A stretch of 64,000 nt of DNA. Source: Thermoanaerobaculia bacterium (GTDB lineage: Bacteria > Acidobacteriota > Thermoanaerobaculia > UBA5066). Made by a program: the position numbers and the translations under genes. Under the pieces are notes generated by a model. The model had not been told where the DNA came from, did not search any database, and saw only the letters and a program-made list of their open reading frames with translations. Positions 36,716 to 46,661 of the stretch are shown one piece after another (the stretch's first letter is position 1; each line of letters starts with the position of its first letter). Location: positions 1,824,001 through 1,888,000 of the forward strand of contig CAVRAY010000001.1 of the NCBI GenBank assembly GCA_963719225.1, given 5' to 3'.

Positions 36716-37429
36716 ATGAAGACGCTCGGCATCGTCGGAGGCATCGCGCCGGAGTCGACGATCGAGTACTACCGCCTCCTCATGGCTTCGTATCGCGAGA
36801 GGGTGACCGATGGCAGCGCCCCCTCCATCGTCATCGACAGCATCGACCTGAAGAAGCTCCTCGACCTCACGGCGGCGGGCGATCTGGAGGGCCTGACGTC
36901 CTACCTGGTCGGCGAAGTGCGCCTTCTCGCGCGGGCGGGAGCCGCGCTGGGCCTCGTCGCCGCCAACACGCCGCACATCGTCTTCGACGAAGTTCTCCGG
37001 CAGTCGCCGATCCCTCTCGTCAGCATCGTGGAAGCGACGTGCGCCGCCGCGAAAGCACTCGGGCTGAAGAAGGTCGCTCTCTTCGGGACGCGATTCACGA
37101 TGCACGGGCGCTTCTACCCCGACGTCTTCTCGCGGGAAGGGATCGCGCTCGTCCTTCCGGCCGATGACGACCTGGCTTTCATTCACGACAGTTACGTAGG
37201 CGAGCTCGTCAAGGGCATTTACCGCCCGGAGACACGCGAGAAGCTCCTCGCGATCGTCGGGCGGATGCGGGAAGACGAAGGCATAGACGGAGTGATCCTC
37301 GGCGGGACGGAGCTGCCCCTCATCCTGAGAAGCGAGACGGCGAGCGGCATCCCCCTCCTCGACACGACGCGCCTCCACGTGGAGGCGGCTCTGGACGAGC
37401 TTCTCGGAAGACCCGCTAGAGGACCTTGA
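36716..37429 (+). CDS. Aspartate/glutamate racemase family protein (no catalytic Cys)
   Basis: KTLGIVGGIAPESTIEYY, AANTPH, LFGTRFTM and ILGGTELPL. Confidence 0.85.
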   Translation: MKTLGIVGGIAPESTIEYYRLLMASYRERVTDGSAPSIVIDSIDLKKLLDLTAAGDLEGLTSYLVGEVRLLARAGAALGLVAANTPHIVFDEVLRQSPIPLVSIVEATCAAAKALGLKKVALFGTRFTMHGRFYPDVFSREGIALVLPADDDLAFIHDSYVGELVKGIYRPETREKLLAIVGRMREDEGIDGVILGGTELPLILRSETASGIPLLDTTRLHVEAALDELLGRPARGP

Positions 37430-38336
37430 TCGGGACCGGGGCGAAGCAGAGGACGAAGATGAGAAGCACGGCCGCCGCGACGATCTTGCGGGGAAAGTCG
37501 AGCGGCTCGCTCTCGTTCGCGACCGGTGGATGGCGGAGGCCGGTCACGAGCGTGAAGACGACCCACACCCACCAGCCCGGCCACTTCAGGCCCAGCACTG
37601 CGAGTACGACGAGGAGAGGCAGCGCGAGGACGCGCTGGAAACGCCCGAAGACGGCATAGACCGTGTGGCCGCCGTCGAGCTGCCCGAGAGGGAGCAGGTT
37701 CAGCGCCGTGACGAAGAGGCCGAACCACGCGGCGAGGAAGACCGGATGCTCGATGACGTCCACGCTCGTGTAGGCCGAGCCGGCGAAGACCTTCTGGAAG
37801 AGCTGGACGAGGACCGGGTACTGGAAGATCACCGTTCCCTCCGAGAGCGCGGGCGACGGGTTGACGCGCGAGTGCGAAACGCCCCACGCGAGGAGCGGAA
37901 CGGCCACGGCGAACCCGGCGATCGGTCCGGCGACCGCCATGTCGAAGAGCTGGCGCTTGTCGCGGATCTGCTCTCGGATGCGGATGAAGGCGCCCATCGT
38001 TCCGACGAGCGAGATCTGCGGCGGAAACGGGATGAAGTAGGGAGGAGAGGCGTCGATGCCGTAACGGCGGCACACCAGGTAGTGGCCGAGCTCGTGCGCC
38101 AGAAGGATGGCGAGGAGCGGGAGCGAGAACACGAGCCCTTCCTTGAAAAGCCGGGGATCGAGGAGAGAGGGCGCCTTCTCGATTCGAAGAAGAAGAGCCG
38201 GACGGAATCCGGCCGCGAAGACGAGACCTGCGTACGTGGTCGTCAGGAAGGTGGCGGCGAAGAGCAGGCCGTGAAGCCACCACCGCTCCTTCCGCCGCGG
38301 CGCGGCGGCCGGCGCACCCGCGTCGGACTCGCTCAT
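37416..38336 (-). CDS. Site-2 protease (peptidase M50)
   Basis: HELGH, AGPIAG and LNLLPLGQLDGGH. Confidence 0.92.
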   Translation of the reverse strand: MSESDAGAPAAAPRRKERWWLHGLLFAATFLTTTYAGLVFAAGFRPALLLRIEKAPSLLDPRLFKEGLVFSLPLLAILLAHELGHYLVCRRYGIDASPPYFIPFPPQISLVGTMGAFIRIREQIRDKRQLFDMAVAGPIAGFAVAVPLLAWGVSHSRVNPSPALSEGTVIFQYPVLVQLFQKVFAGSAYTSVDVIEHPVFLAAWFGLFVTALNLLPLGQLDGGHTVYAVFGRFQRVLALPLLVVLAVLGLKWPGWWVWVVFTLVTGLRHPPVANESEPLDFPRKIVAAAVLLIFVLCFAPVPIKVL

Positions 38337-38340
38337 CGGG

Positions 38341-38679
38341 TCAGGAGGGCGTGCCGGAGGGGGGCGGCCCGGGGGGCGCGGATTTCACGGCCGGCTCGTC
38401 GGGTGGGCCGGTCATGTCGCGCAGCTCCTTGCCCGGCTTGAACCGGATCGTGAAGCCGGGGGGAATCTGCACTTCCTCGGTGGGACGTTTCGGGTTGCGG
38501 CCGATGCCGCGTTTTCTCGGCTTGACCAGGAACACGCCGAACCCGCGCAGCTCGATGCGCTCGCCGCGTGACAGCGCCTGGCGCAGCACGTCGATGATCG
38601 TCTCGACGGCTTGCGTCGCCTTCTGGCGCCCGACGCCGGCCGCTTCCGCGACCGCATTGATGATGTCGTTCTTGATCAC
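38341..38679 (-). CDS. HU/IHF family DNA-binding protein
   Basis: MIKNDII, GERIELRGFGVF, GRNPK and FKPGKEL. Confidence 0.92.
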   Translation of the reverse strand: MIKNDIINAVAEAAGVGRQKATQAVETIIDVLRQALSRGERIELRGFGVFLVKPRKRGIGRNPKRPTEEVQIPPGFTIRFKPGKELRDMTGPPDEPAVKSAPPGPPPSGTPS

Positions 38680-38748
38680 GTGGGGGAGAGTCTACCCGTC
38701 CTCGGGCATCTCGTTCAAATCGCGTCGGTTGAGCGGTTCCCCCACCCT

Positions 38749-40014
38749 TCAGAGGCGGCCGAGGCGCCTTTTCAGGAGAACGATCTCGAGGGCCGTCGCC
38801 GCCATCGCGGCGAGACGCTTCAGCGCCGCCACGGACGGAGGTCGCCCGTCGGTTTCCGCCTCGCCATAGAGATAGAGGACGGTCTTGCCCTTGAGGTTGA
38901 CCGGGACGACGGCCATGAGCCCGAGGCCGTCCGACGCGAGGGCTTCGAGCGTCGAGGCCGTTCCGGGAAGGTCCGGCTGCGGACCGACGTAGAACCCTTC
39001 CGTGTTGCGCAGCGTCGCGAAGACGGAGGGCTCCGCGTCCGGCAGATGCAGCGAGGAGAACGCGGAAGCGGCCGGCCGCGCCGCCCAACCCCTCACGTGG
39101 TCGGGATACGCGATGAAGAGCGCCGCGCGGCGGACGTGGCGCATCGACTCTTCGAGCACGGCGTCGGCGATGTCGTCACGGTTTCGCGCCGCGCCGAGGC
39201 GCGCCACGAGGCGCTCCTCGCCCTCCGGCTCGCCTCCGGTCTCGGCGCCCGGTTCCTCGAGCCGCCGCGGGAATTCCATCGAATCCGGCGCCGGATCGAT
39301 GGACGCGAGCGGGTCCTCGAAGATTTCCGATTCCATGCGCCGCGCCGTGACCGCGAGCGATGCCGTGGGCGCGAGCTCCGTCGTGGACTGCCACGGGTCG
39401 CCCTGATCGAGTCGCCGTGACCGTCGTGGATAGGGCGTGCTGAGATCGGGCGGGGGCGGAACGACGCGCAGGTCCGGCCGGCTCTTCGAGCGCGGCAATC
39501 GGGCCGGTAGCGTCGGCTCGTCCGGGTCGGCCTCGGTGGCGGGTTGCGTCTCGCGGAGGTAGGCGGCTGCGGAGAGGTAACGCGGCTCGACGTCGGCCGC
39601 GTAGTAACGATAGAGGAGCGCGTAGATGCGCACTTCGAGCGCAGCATGGGGAACGATGCGGAATCCCGTGAGGGCCGTGAGCTCGTCGAGAGCGGCGAGG
39701 TCGCCCGGATCGCGCATCGCGACCGCGAGCGTGCGCCCGTCGCGGCGAAACGGCACCGCGTGCAGCCGCTGGGCGACGCGGCCGGGGACGAGGCGCAGGA
39801 CGTCCGCGCGGATCAGCTCGAGCGCCTCCGGGGAAGCGGGGGGCACCCGATGCTGCACGGAGAGGCCGTGAAGAATGACCTCCTCGGAAGCCTCCTCTTC
39901 GAGCAACGCCGTTCCGAACCGGCCGTGCTGACGCACCTGTCGCATCACGGCGCGGTTTCGCTGCTCGTCGGTGATGAGAGTCTTTTCGATGAGGAGGTCG
40001 CCCAGCCGCGGCAT
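38749..40014 (-). CDS. GspE/PilB N-terminal (MshEN-like) domain protein without ATPase; Pro-rich linker and GAF-like C-terminus
   Basis: RLGDLL...Q...RFGTAL, VPGRVAQRLHAVP, LAVAMRDP; no Walker motifs. Confidence 0.75.
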   Translation of the reverse strand: MPRLGDLLIEKTLITDEQRNRAVMRQVRQHGRFGTALLEEEASEEVILHGLSVQHRVPPASPEALELIRADVLRLVPGRVAQRLHAVPFRRDGRTLAVAMRDPGDLAALDELTALTGFRIVPHAALEVRIYALLYRYYAADVEPRYLSAAAYLRETQPATEADPDEPTLPARLPRSKSRPDLRVVPPPPDLSTPYPRRSRRLDQGDPWQSTTELAPTASLAVTARRMESEIFEDPLASIDPAPDSMEFPRRLEEPGAETGGEPEGEERLVARLGAARNRDDIADAVLEESMRHVRRAALFIAYPDHVRGWAARPAASAFSSLHLPDAEPSVFATLRNTEGFYVGPQPDLPGTASTLEALASDGLGLMAVVPVNLKGKTVLYLYGEAETDGRPPSVAALKRLAAMAATALEIVLLKRRLGRL

Positions 40015-40064
40015 GATTCCTCGAAACTCCATTTTACACGGCCCCTGCCTGTAGAATCGCGCGC

Positions 40065-40469
40065 ATGAGCGAGCGGCCCATTCGCGTTCTCGTGGCGAAG
40101 CCCGGTCTCGACGGGCACGATCGCGGCGCGAAGGTCATCGCGCGCGCGCTTCGCGACGCCGGAATGGAGGTCATCTACTCCGGCCTCAGGCAGACGCCCC
40201 GCCAGATCGCCGCTGCGGCCGTCCAGGAGGACGTCGACGTCGTGGGCCTCTCGATCCTTTCCGGCGCCCACAATGTCCTCGTTCCCGAGGTGATCGACGC
40301 CTTGAAGGAAAGCGGCGGCGAAGGCATCGCCGTCGTCGTGGGCGGAATCATTCCCGAGAAGGACATCGCTCCGCTCAAGGCCCGCGGCGTCCGCGACATC
40401 TTCCTTCCGGGAACGACCACCGGCGCAACGGTCGACGCCATCCGCCGCCTCGCGGGCGAGAGGGCGTGA
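40065..40469 (+). CDS. Cobalamin-binding subunit of acyl-CoA mutase (MCM C-terminal domain)
   Basis: [13 protein letters not shown] (DxHxxG), GLSILSGAH and VGGIIP. Confidence 0.93.
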   Translation: MSERPIRVLVAKPGLDGHDRGAKVIARALRDAGMEVIYSGLRQTPRQIAAAAVQEDVDVVGLSILSGAHNVLVPEVIDALKESGGEGIAVVVGGIIPEKDIAPLKARGVRDIFLPGTTTGATVDAIRRLAGERA

Positions 40470-42079
40470 GCGAAGTCCTCGTTTCGCAACTCTCCTCGTC
40501 CTCACCGGAGTTCCGGGAGAATGCCGCCCACCACCGGGCCCTCGCCTCCCACCTCCACGACGAGCTCGCCAGGGCTCGGGAAGGCGGCGGAGAGAAGGAG
40601 CGCGCCCGTCACGTCGCGCGCGGAAAGCTTCCCGTCCGGGATCGGCTCGAGCGCCTTCTCGACCCCGGAACCGCCTTCCTCGAGGTCGCGCCTCTGGCGG
40701 GCTGGGGCCTCTACGACGACGCGGCGCCCGGCGCGGGACTCGTGACGGGAGTGGGCCGCGTCTCGGGGCGCGAGGTCGTCGTCGTCGCGAACGACGCGAC
40801 CGTGAAGGGCGGCACCTACTATCCGGTCACCCTGAAGAAGCACCTGAGGGCGCAGGAGATCGCGTTGGAGAACGCTCTTCCCGCGGTCTACCTCGTGGAC
40901 TCCGGCGGCGCCTTCCTGCCCCTGCAGGCCGAGGTATTTCCCGACCGCGATCACTTCGGACGCATCTTCTACAACCAGGCGCGCATGAGCGCGGCCGGCC
41001 TTCCGCAGATCGCGGCGGTGCTCGGCTCGTGCACGGCGGGCGGCGCGTACGTGCCCGCGATGTCGGACGAGACCGTCATCGTGAGGAACCAGGGCACGAT
41101 CTTTCTGGCCGGCCCGCCGCTCGTGAAGGCGGCGACGGGGGAGGACGTGACGGCCGAGGAGCTCGGCGGCGGTGACGTGCACACGCGCCTGTCGGGTGTT
41201 GCGGACCATCTCGCCGAGGACGACGCCGACGCGCTCGAGAAGGTACGCGACATCGTCGCCCACCTCGGGCCCGCGCCGGGCACGTCGCCCGGCCGCATCG
41301 CGCCCGAAGAGCCGCGGTATCCGGCGGACGAGCTCTACGGCGTCGTTCCGAGAGACCTCCGAACGCCGTACGACGTGCGCGAGCTGCTCGCGCGGATCCT
41401 CGACGGATCGCGGTTCCACGAATTCAAGCCGCGTTACGGCGCGACGCTCGTCACGGGTTTCGGCCATGTCTCGGGCTTTCCGGTCGCCGTGCTCGCGAAC
41501 AACGGCGTTCTCTTTTCCGAATCGGCGCTGAAGGCGACGCACTTCATCGAGATGGCGTGCCAGCGCGAGGTGCCCCTGGTCTTTTTCCAGAACATCACCG
41601 GCTTCATGGTCGGAAAGGCGTACGAGCAGGGCGGCATCGCGAAGGACGGCGCGAAGATGGTGCATGCGGTCGCGAATGCCGCGGTCCCGAAGTTCACGCT
41701 TCTCGTGGGAGGATCGTTCGGTGCCGGCAACTACGGGATGTGCGGACGCGCCTACCAGCCGCGCTTTCTCTGGACGTGGCCGAACGCCCGGATCAGCGTC
41801 ATGGGAGGCGAGCAGGCCGCGGACGTCCTGGCCACGGTCAAGGACGATCAGCGCGTGCGGGAGGGACAGCCGAAGATGACCGACGAGGAGCGCAGCGCGT
41901 TCAGGAAGCCCACGCTGGAGAAGTACGAGGTCGAGGGGAATCCCTATTTCGCCACCGGGCGGTTGTGGGACGACGGGATCCTCGATCCGGTCGAGACGCG
42001 CCGCGTCCTGGCTTTGGGCCTTGCGGCCGCCGCGAATGGACCGCGTCGGGAAACGCGCTTCGGCGTGTTCCGGATGTAG
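40466..42079 (+). CDS. liuB: 3-methylcrotonyl-CoA carboxylase beta (carboxyltransferase) subunit
   Basis: [55 protein letters not shown] and FGVFRM. Confidence 0.92.
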   Translation: MSEVLVSQLSSSSPEFRENAAHHRALASHLHDELARAREGGGEKERARHVARGKLPVRDRLERLLDPGTAFLEVAPLAGWGLYDDAAPGAGLVTGVGRVSGREVVVVANDATVKGGTYYPVTLKKHLRAQEIALENALPAVYLVDSGGAFLPLQAEVFPDRDHFGRIFYNQARMSAAGLPQIAAVLGSCTAGGAYVPAMSDETVIVRNQGTIFLAGPPLVKAATGEDVTAEELGGGDVHTRLSGVADHLAEDDADALEKVRDIVAHLGPAPGTSPGRIAPEEPRYPADELYGVVPRDLRTPYDVRELLARILDGSRFHEFKPRYGATLVTGFGHVSGFPVAVLANNGVLFSESALKATHFIEMACQREVPLVFFQNITGFMVGKAYEQGGIAKDGAKMVHAVANAAVPKFTLLVGGSFGAGNYGMCGRAYQPRFLWTWPNARISVMGGEQAADVLATVKDDQRVREGQPKMTDEERSAFRKPTLEKYEVEGNPYFATGRLWDDGILDPVETRRVLALGLAAAANGPRRETRFGVFRM

Positions 42080-42081
42080 AC

Positions 42082-42915
42082 ATGAAGCGTGCTTTCCTCC
42101 CGCTGGTTTTCGCGGCCCTGCTGCCGCTCACCTCGCACGCGGAACAGCGCTGCGGCACGGTGGATTCCCTCGAAGTCACCTCGCTGACCCGGACGAACCT
42201 CACGGCGTTTCTGCGCACTTCGTTTCCCAACACGGCCGGGGGCGGCAGGCAGAAATTCGCGGGTGAGATTTCCGTGGCGAATACGCCGGTGCCGATGGCC
42301 CCGACGCTCACGGCGATGGTCCAGCAGGGGCACACGGGGAACGCCGTCGTGCTCCTCGTGGATCTCGAGCTCGCGAAGATTCCCCAGGCTCTTCTGACGC
42401 GCCTCCACCCGCTCGCGCTCGACGTGACGATCGACGGCTCCCTCGCGGGCGAGACCGGAGCGCCGGTGCCGGTCTGCGCGGCCGGCGTCCTCAAGGTCGG
42501 AACGCCGGAGGTTCGCGCGTCGTCTCCCGTGGGCGCATCCCTTGCGGGGTTCTCCGGCGCGCGTTTCACGGGGATGTCTCTCACGGAAGTCGAGGGGCAG
42601 GCCACGGCGACGCTCTTCAACCCGCTCTCGTTTCCTCTTGACGTGAAGGACCTCGTCTACTCGGTATGGGCGGGGGACCGGAAGCTCGCCGAAGGCGAAC
42701 GTCACGGCCTCAGGCTCCACGCGGGCCGCGAGAATGCCGTCGAGCTTCCGATCAGCGCTCCGAACGCCGACATCCTGGCGGCTCTCGGCGGCGCCATGGC
42801 GAGCGGCGGCCGTGTCGCCGGGAGGCTCGTCGCACGCGTGTCCCTGCGGGTCGGCAAAGATCAGATACTCACGGTTCCCCTCGACCTTCCCGGGTCGATA
42901 CAGGTGATGCGATGA
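42082..42915 (+). CDS. Secreted LEA-2/WHy-domain-like protein
   Basis: Signal peptide MKRAFLPLVFAALL; LFNPLSFPLDVKDLVYSVWAGDRKLAEG matches the LEA_2 NPxxFxL pattern. Confidence 0.65.
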   Translation: MKRAFLPLVFAALLPLTSHAEQRCGTVDSLEVTSLTRTNLTAFLRTSFPNTAGGGRQKFAGEISVANTPVPMAPTLTAMVQQGHTGNAVVLLVDLELAKIPQALLTRLHPLALDVTIDGSLAGETGAPVPVCAAGVLKVGTPEVRASSPVGASLAGFSGARFTGMSLTEVEGQATATLFNPLSFPLDVKDLVYSVWAGDRKLAEGERHGLRLHAGRENAVELPISAPNADILAALGGAMASGGRVAGRLVARVSLRVGKDQILTVPLDLPGSIQVMR

Positions 42916-43721
42916 GCGAGTCCGGCGTCCTTCTCGAGCGCGCGTCCGATCCGCGGATCGCGCGCCTGATCCTCAATCGACCGGCCCGCCGGAACGCGTT
43001 CGACGGCGAGCTCGTGGCCCTCCTGCAGCGCGCGGTGCGCGAGCTGGCGTCCGACGCGACGACCCGCGTCATCGAGCTTTCGGGCGCGGGCAAGACGTTT
43101 TGCGCCGGCGCCGACATCGAATGGATGAAGAAAGTCGCGGGATTCACGATGCAGGAGAATCTCCGCGATTCCGCCGAGCTCGCATCGCTCTTTCGCGCGT
43201 TCGACGAGCTGGCGAAGCCGGTCGTGGCGCGCGTCCAGGGCGCGGCGCTGGGAGGAGGGACCGGGCTCGTGGCCGTGTGCGACGTCGTCGTGGCCGCCGA
43301 AAACGCGATCTTCGGCACGACCGAAGTGAGACTCGGGGTCATTCCCGCCGTCATCTCGCCCTACCTCGTGCACAAGGTGGGGGAGTCGCGCGCGCGGGCG
43401 TGGTTCGTCACGGGAGAGCGCGTCTCGGCGGAAGAGGCCCGCGAGGCCGGTCTCGTGCACCGCGTCGTCCCGGAGAAGGATCTCGGCGCGGCGGCGCGAA
43501 TGGTGCTCGACGCCATTCTGCTGGGAGGTCCGGAAGCCGTTGCCGAGGCCAAGCACCTTGCCCACGCCGTCGCGGCGATGCCGCTGCGCGACGCCACGAA
43601 CATGGCGATCCAGCGCCTGGGCGAGCGGCGCGCCTCGGCCGAGGGGCGCGAGGGGCTCGCGGCTTTCGTGGAGAAGCGCAAGCCGTCCTGGGCTGCAGAG
43701 CCGGCCGCGAAGAAGCCGTGA
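42912..43721 (+). CDS. liuC: Enoyl-CoA hydratase, probable methylglutaconyl-CoA hydratase
   Basis: LNRPARRNAF, FCAGADIEWM, GAALGGGTGL and EVRLGVIPAVISPY; operon context. Confidence 0.85.
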   Translation: MSESGVLLERASDPRIARLILNRPARRNAFDGELVALLQRAVRELASDATTRVIELSGAGKTFCAGADIEWMKKVAGFTMQENLRDSAELASLFRAFDELAKPVVARVQGAALGGGTGLVAVCDVVVAAENAIFGTTEVRLGVIPAVISPYLVHKVGESRARAWFVTGERVSAEEAREAGLVHRVVPEKDLGAAARMVLDAILLGGPEAVAEAKHLAHAVAAMPLRDATNMAIQRLGERRASAEGREGLAAFVEKRKPSWAAEPAAKKP

Positions 43722-43728
43722 CACCTCC

Positions 43729-45336
43729 TTGACGAAGCCCCGGCAGCTCGGCCGCGTGCTCGTCGCGAACCGCGGCGAGATCGCCGTGCGCGTGATCCGC
43801 GCCTGCCGGGCTGCGGGCCTGCCCGCGGTCGCGGTTTTCTCCGACGCGGATCGCGGCGCGCGCCACGTCGCGCTCGCGGATGCGGCGGTGCACGTCGGTC
43901 CCGCGCCCGCGCGGGAATCGTACCTTTCGATTCCGCGCCTCCTCGCCGCCGCCCGCGAGGCGGGCTGCGGCGCCGTGCATCCCGGCTACGGATTCCTCTC
44001 GGAGAACGCGGATTTCGGGCGTGCGGTCGAGGAGGCCGGGCTGATCTGGATCGGCCCGCCGCCCGCGGCGATGGAGGCGATGGGATCGAAGATTTCTGCG
44101 AGAGAAAGAATGAGGGCGGCTGGAGTTCCGGTGGTTCCGGGCGCGCTCATCGAGATGTTCGAAGAGAACGAAGAGAACGAAGAGAAAGAGAAGAAGAAGA
44201 TTTCTTTGAATGGTGAAGAGGCTGGGGACAGGGCCGGCGCGCGTCGAGCGGCGCCGCCGCGCCCCGCAACCTCTGGCACCCTCGAAGAAATCCCCTCTTC
44301 CGTTCTCTCCCTCGGTTTCCCGGTCGTCGTCAAAGCGTCCGCGGGAGGCGGCGGGAAGGGCATGCGTATCGTTCGCGACGCCTCTTCTCTTTCCGAAGCA
44401 ATATCTTCCTGCCGGCGCGAAGCGCTCGCCGCGTTCGGCGATGCGACGGTCTACGTGGAAAAGTACCTGCCTGCTCCCCGCCACATCGAAGTGCAGATCT
44501 TCGGCGACACGTTCGGGAACGTCGTCGCGCTCGGCGAGCGTGAGTGCTCGCTCCAGAGGCGGCACCAGAAGGTGATCGAGGAATGTCCGTCGCCGGCCGT
44601 GACGCCGGAGCTGCGCGCCCGCCTTCAGAAGGTCGCCTGCGACGCCGCGCGCGCGGTGGGCTATGTGAACGCGGGGACGGTCGAGTTCCTGCTCGAGCCC
44701 TCCGGCACGTTCTATTTCCTCGAGATGAACTCGCGCCTTCAGGTGGAGCATCCGGTCACGGAAGAGGCTTTCGGCGTGGACCTCGTGGCGTTGCAGCTAC
44801 GGATCGCGGCGGGCGAGAAGCTGCCCGAGCTTCCCTCCGCTCCCGCGGCGCATGCGATCGAGGCGCGCGTCTACGCGGAGGATCCCGACGCGGGATTCCT
44901 TCCGCAGGCGGGTCGTCTCCTGACCTGGATCGAGCCCTCGGGCCCGGGCGTGCGCGTGGACTCCGGCGTGGCGGCCGGCCAGCTGGTGGACATTCACTAC
45001 GACCCGCTCCTCGCCAAGATCGTCGCGAAGGGGAAGGACCGCGAAGAAGCGCGTACCCGGCTCGTCGCCGCGCTCCGCGAAACGGTCGCCCTCGGCGTGA
45101 CGACCAACCTCTCGTGGCTCGTGCGCCTGCTCGAGGCCGCTCCGGTCGTCCGCGGCGAGCTCCACACGGCCCTCGTCGAGTCGCTCGCGCTTCCCGCCCC
45201 CGGGCCTCCCCCGGACGAGGTCTTCGAGGTCGCTTCGGCGCTTCTCACGCGCGCCGCGCCCGAGGCGGGAGGACTCTCCGCGCGCCACGCGTTTCCGAGC
45301 CCGTTCGAAGAGCGGTTTCGGATGGGCGGCGCGTGA
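43729..45336 (+). CDS. liuD: Biotin carboxylase subunit (MCC alpha), with an in-frame insertion
   Basis: VLVANRGEIAVR, HPGYGFLSEN, KASAGGGGKGMR, ERECSLQRRHQK and FLEMNSRLQVEHPVTE. Confidence 0.9.
   Translation: MTKPRQLGRVLVANRGEIAVRVIRACRAAGLPAVAVFSDADRGARHVALADAAVHVGPAPARESYLSIPRLLAAAREAGCGAVHPGYGFLSENADFGRAVEEAGLIWIGPPPAAMEAMGSKISARERMRAAGVPVVPGALIEMFEENEENEEKEKKKISLNGEEAGDRAGARRAAPPRPATSGTLEEIPSSVLSLGFPVVVKASAGGGGKGMRIVRDASSLSEAISSCRREALAAFGDATVYVEKYLPAPRHIEVQIFGDTFGNVVALGERECSLQRRHQKVIEECPSPAVTPELRARLQKVACDAARAVGYVNAGTVEFLLEPSGTFYFLEMNSRLQVEHPVTEEAFGVDLVALQLRIAAGEKLPELPSAPAAHAIEARVYAEDPDAGFLPQAGRLLTWIEPSGPGVRVDSGVAAGQLVDIHYDPLLAKIVAKGKDREEARTRLVAALRETVALGVTTNLSWLVRLLEAAPVVRGELHTALVESLALPAPGPPPDEVFEVASALLTRAAPEAGGLSARHAFPSPFEERFRMGGA
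44088..44406. repeat. Cluster E of the dispersed motif, inside the biotin carboxylase gene
   Basis: Forward AGATTTCTTTGAATGGTGAAGAG at 44198-44220, preceded by (GAAGAGAAC)2GAAGAGAAA; reverse GATTTCTTCGAGG at 44292-44280; reverse AGATATTGCTTCGGAAAGAGAAGAG at 44406-44382. Confidence 0.72.
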
Positions 45337-45713
45337 GGCTTCGCGACCTGCGCACGGGAGAGGAGCGCGAGGCGGCGCCGGGCGTTTCTCCGGGAGCGGT
45401 GGCGATGCGGGACGGCGACGTTGCCTGGGTCTGGCTTCGGGGCGAGACGTATCGCCTCTCGGCGGCGCGTTCGAGACGCCCGGCGCGCGGCGGGGAGGAG
45501 ACGCCCTCGCTCGAGGCGCCGATGCCGGGCCGGATCGCGACGGTGCGGGCCGCCTCGGGCGCCTCCGTCTCCAAAGGAGACGTCCTCGTCGTCGTCGAAG
45601 CGATGAAGATGGAGCACGCGGTGCGCGCTCCGAGAGACGGCGTCGTGGACAGAGTCCTCGTTTCCGAGGGGCAGATGGTCGGCCTCGGCGACGTCCTCGT
45701 GGAGATGACGTGA
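45333..45713 (+). CDS. Biotin carboxyl carrier protein (stand-alone)
   Basis: APMPG and EAMKME biotinylation motif; GTGA coupling at both ends. Confidence 0.9.
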   Translation: MRLRDLRTGEEREAAPGVSPGAVAMRDGDVAWVWLRGETYRLSAARSRRPARGGEETPSLEAPMPGRIATVRAASGASVSKGDVLVVVEAMKMEHAVRAPRDGVVDRVLVSEGQMVGLGDVLVEMT

Positions 45714-46627
45714 ACGCGACCCGTGTCACGGTCGTCGAGGTCGGCCCGCGCGACGGCCTCCAGAACGAGTCGATGGACGTCCCGACCGACGTGAAGGTCG
45801 CGTTCGTGGATGCGCTCTCGGCCGCGGGGCTTCCGGTCGTCGAGGCGACGGCCTTCGTCTCTCCGAGGGCGATCCCCCAGCTCGCCGATGGCGAGGAGGT
45901 CTTCCGGCGGATCGTGAAGCGCCCGGGAGTGCGCTACCCGGTTCTCGTTCCGAACGAGAAGGGACTGGACCGCGCCGAGGCGGCGGGCGCTCGCGAGATC
46001 GCCGTCTTCACGGCGGCGTCGGAGACGTTCAACCGAAAGAACATCAACGCTTCGATCGACGAGTCCTTCGCGCGCTTTTCGCCGGTAATCCGGCGTGCGC
46101 GCGATGCAGGGATGCGCGTGCGCGGATACGTGTCGTGCGCCTTCGGCTGTCCGTACGAGGGCGCGATTCCGCCCGCCGCTCCCGCCCGGGTCGCGCGCAG
46201 GCTGCTCGACGCGGGGTGCGACGAGGTTTCGATCGGCGACACGATCGGCGTCGGTGTTCCGACCCAGGTGCCGGAGGTCGTCGGACACTGCGTGGACGCG
46301 GGCCTGCCGCTCGCGCGTCTGGCGCTCCACTTCCACGACACGCGCGGAACCGCGCTCGCGAACGTCGCCGAAGGCCTGAGACAGGGCGTGCGGATCTTCG
46401 ATTCCTCCGCGGGCGGGCTGGGCGGGTGCCCCTATGCGCCCGGGGCGGCGGGAAACGTCGCCACGGAGGACGTCCTTTATCTTCTCCATGGCATGGGATA
46501 CGAGACGGGCGCGGACCTCACCCTCGTGGCGGCCGCCACGCGCGGCCTGTCCGCCGCGATCGCGCGCCGCCCGGCGTCGCGCGTCTATCAGGCTCTCGAG
46601 TCGGCCCACGGGCCTCGGCCGGTGTAA
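45710..46627 (+). CDS. liuE: Hydroxymethylglutaryl-CoA lyase
   Basis: EVGPRDGLQNE, LHFHDTRG and GGLGGCPYAPGAAGNVATED. Confidence 0.95.
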   Translation: MNATRVTVVEVGPRDGLQNESMDVPTDVKVAFVDALSAAGLPVVEATAFVSPRAIPQLADGEEVFRRIVKRPGVRYPVLVPNEKGLDRAEAAGAREIAVFTAASETFNRKNINASIDESFARFSPVIRRARDAGMRVRGYVSCAFGCPYEGAIPPAAPARVARRLLDAGCDEVSIGDTIGVGVPTQVPEVVGHCVDAGLPLARLALHFHDTRGTALANVAEGLRQGVRIFDSSAGGLGGCPYAPGAAGNVATEDVLYLLHGMGYETGADLTLVAAATRGLSAAIARRPASRVYQALESAHGPRPV

Positions 46628-46661
46628 ACTCGGTCGACACCGACCCCTGCGAGGAGATCGA

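Noticed and set aside
45330-45340. Frameshift or pseudogene splitting MCC alpha from its biotin domain
   Set aside because: A clean GTGA stop/start overlap and intact motifs in both ORFs fit a genuine two-gene arrangement.
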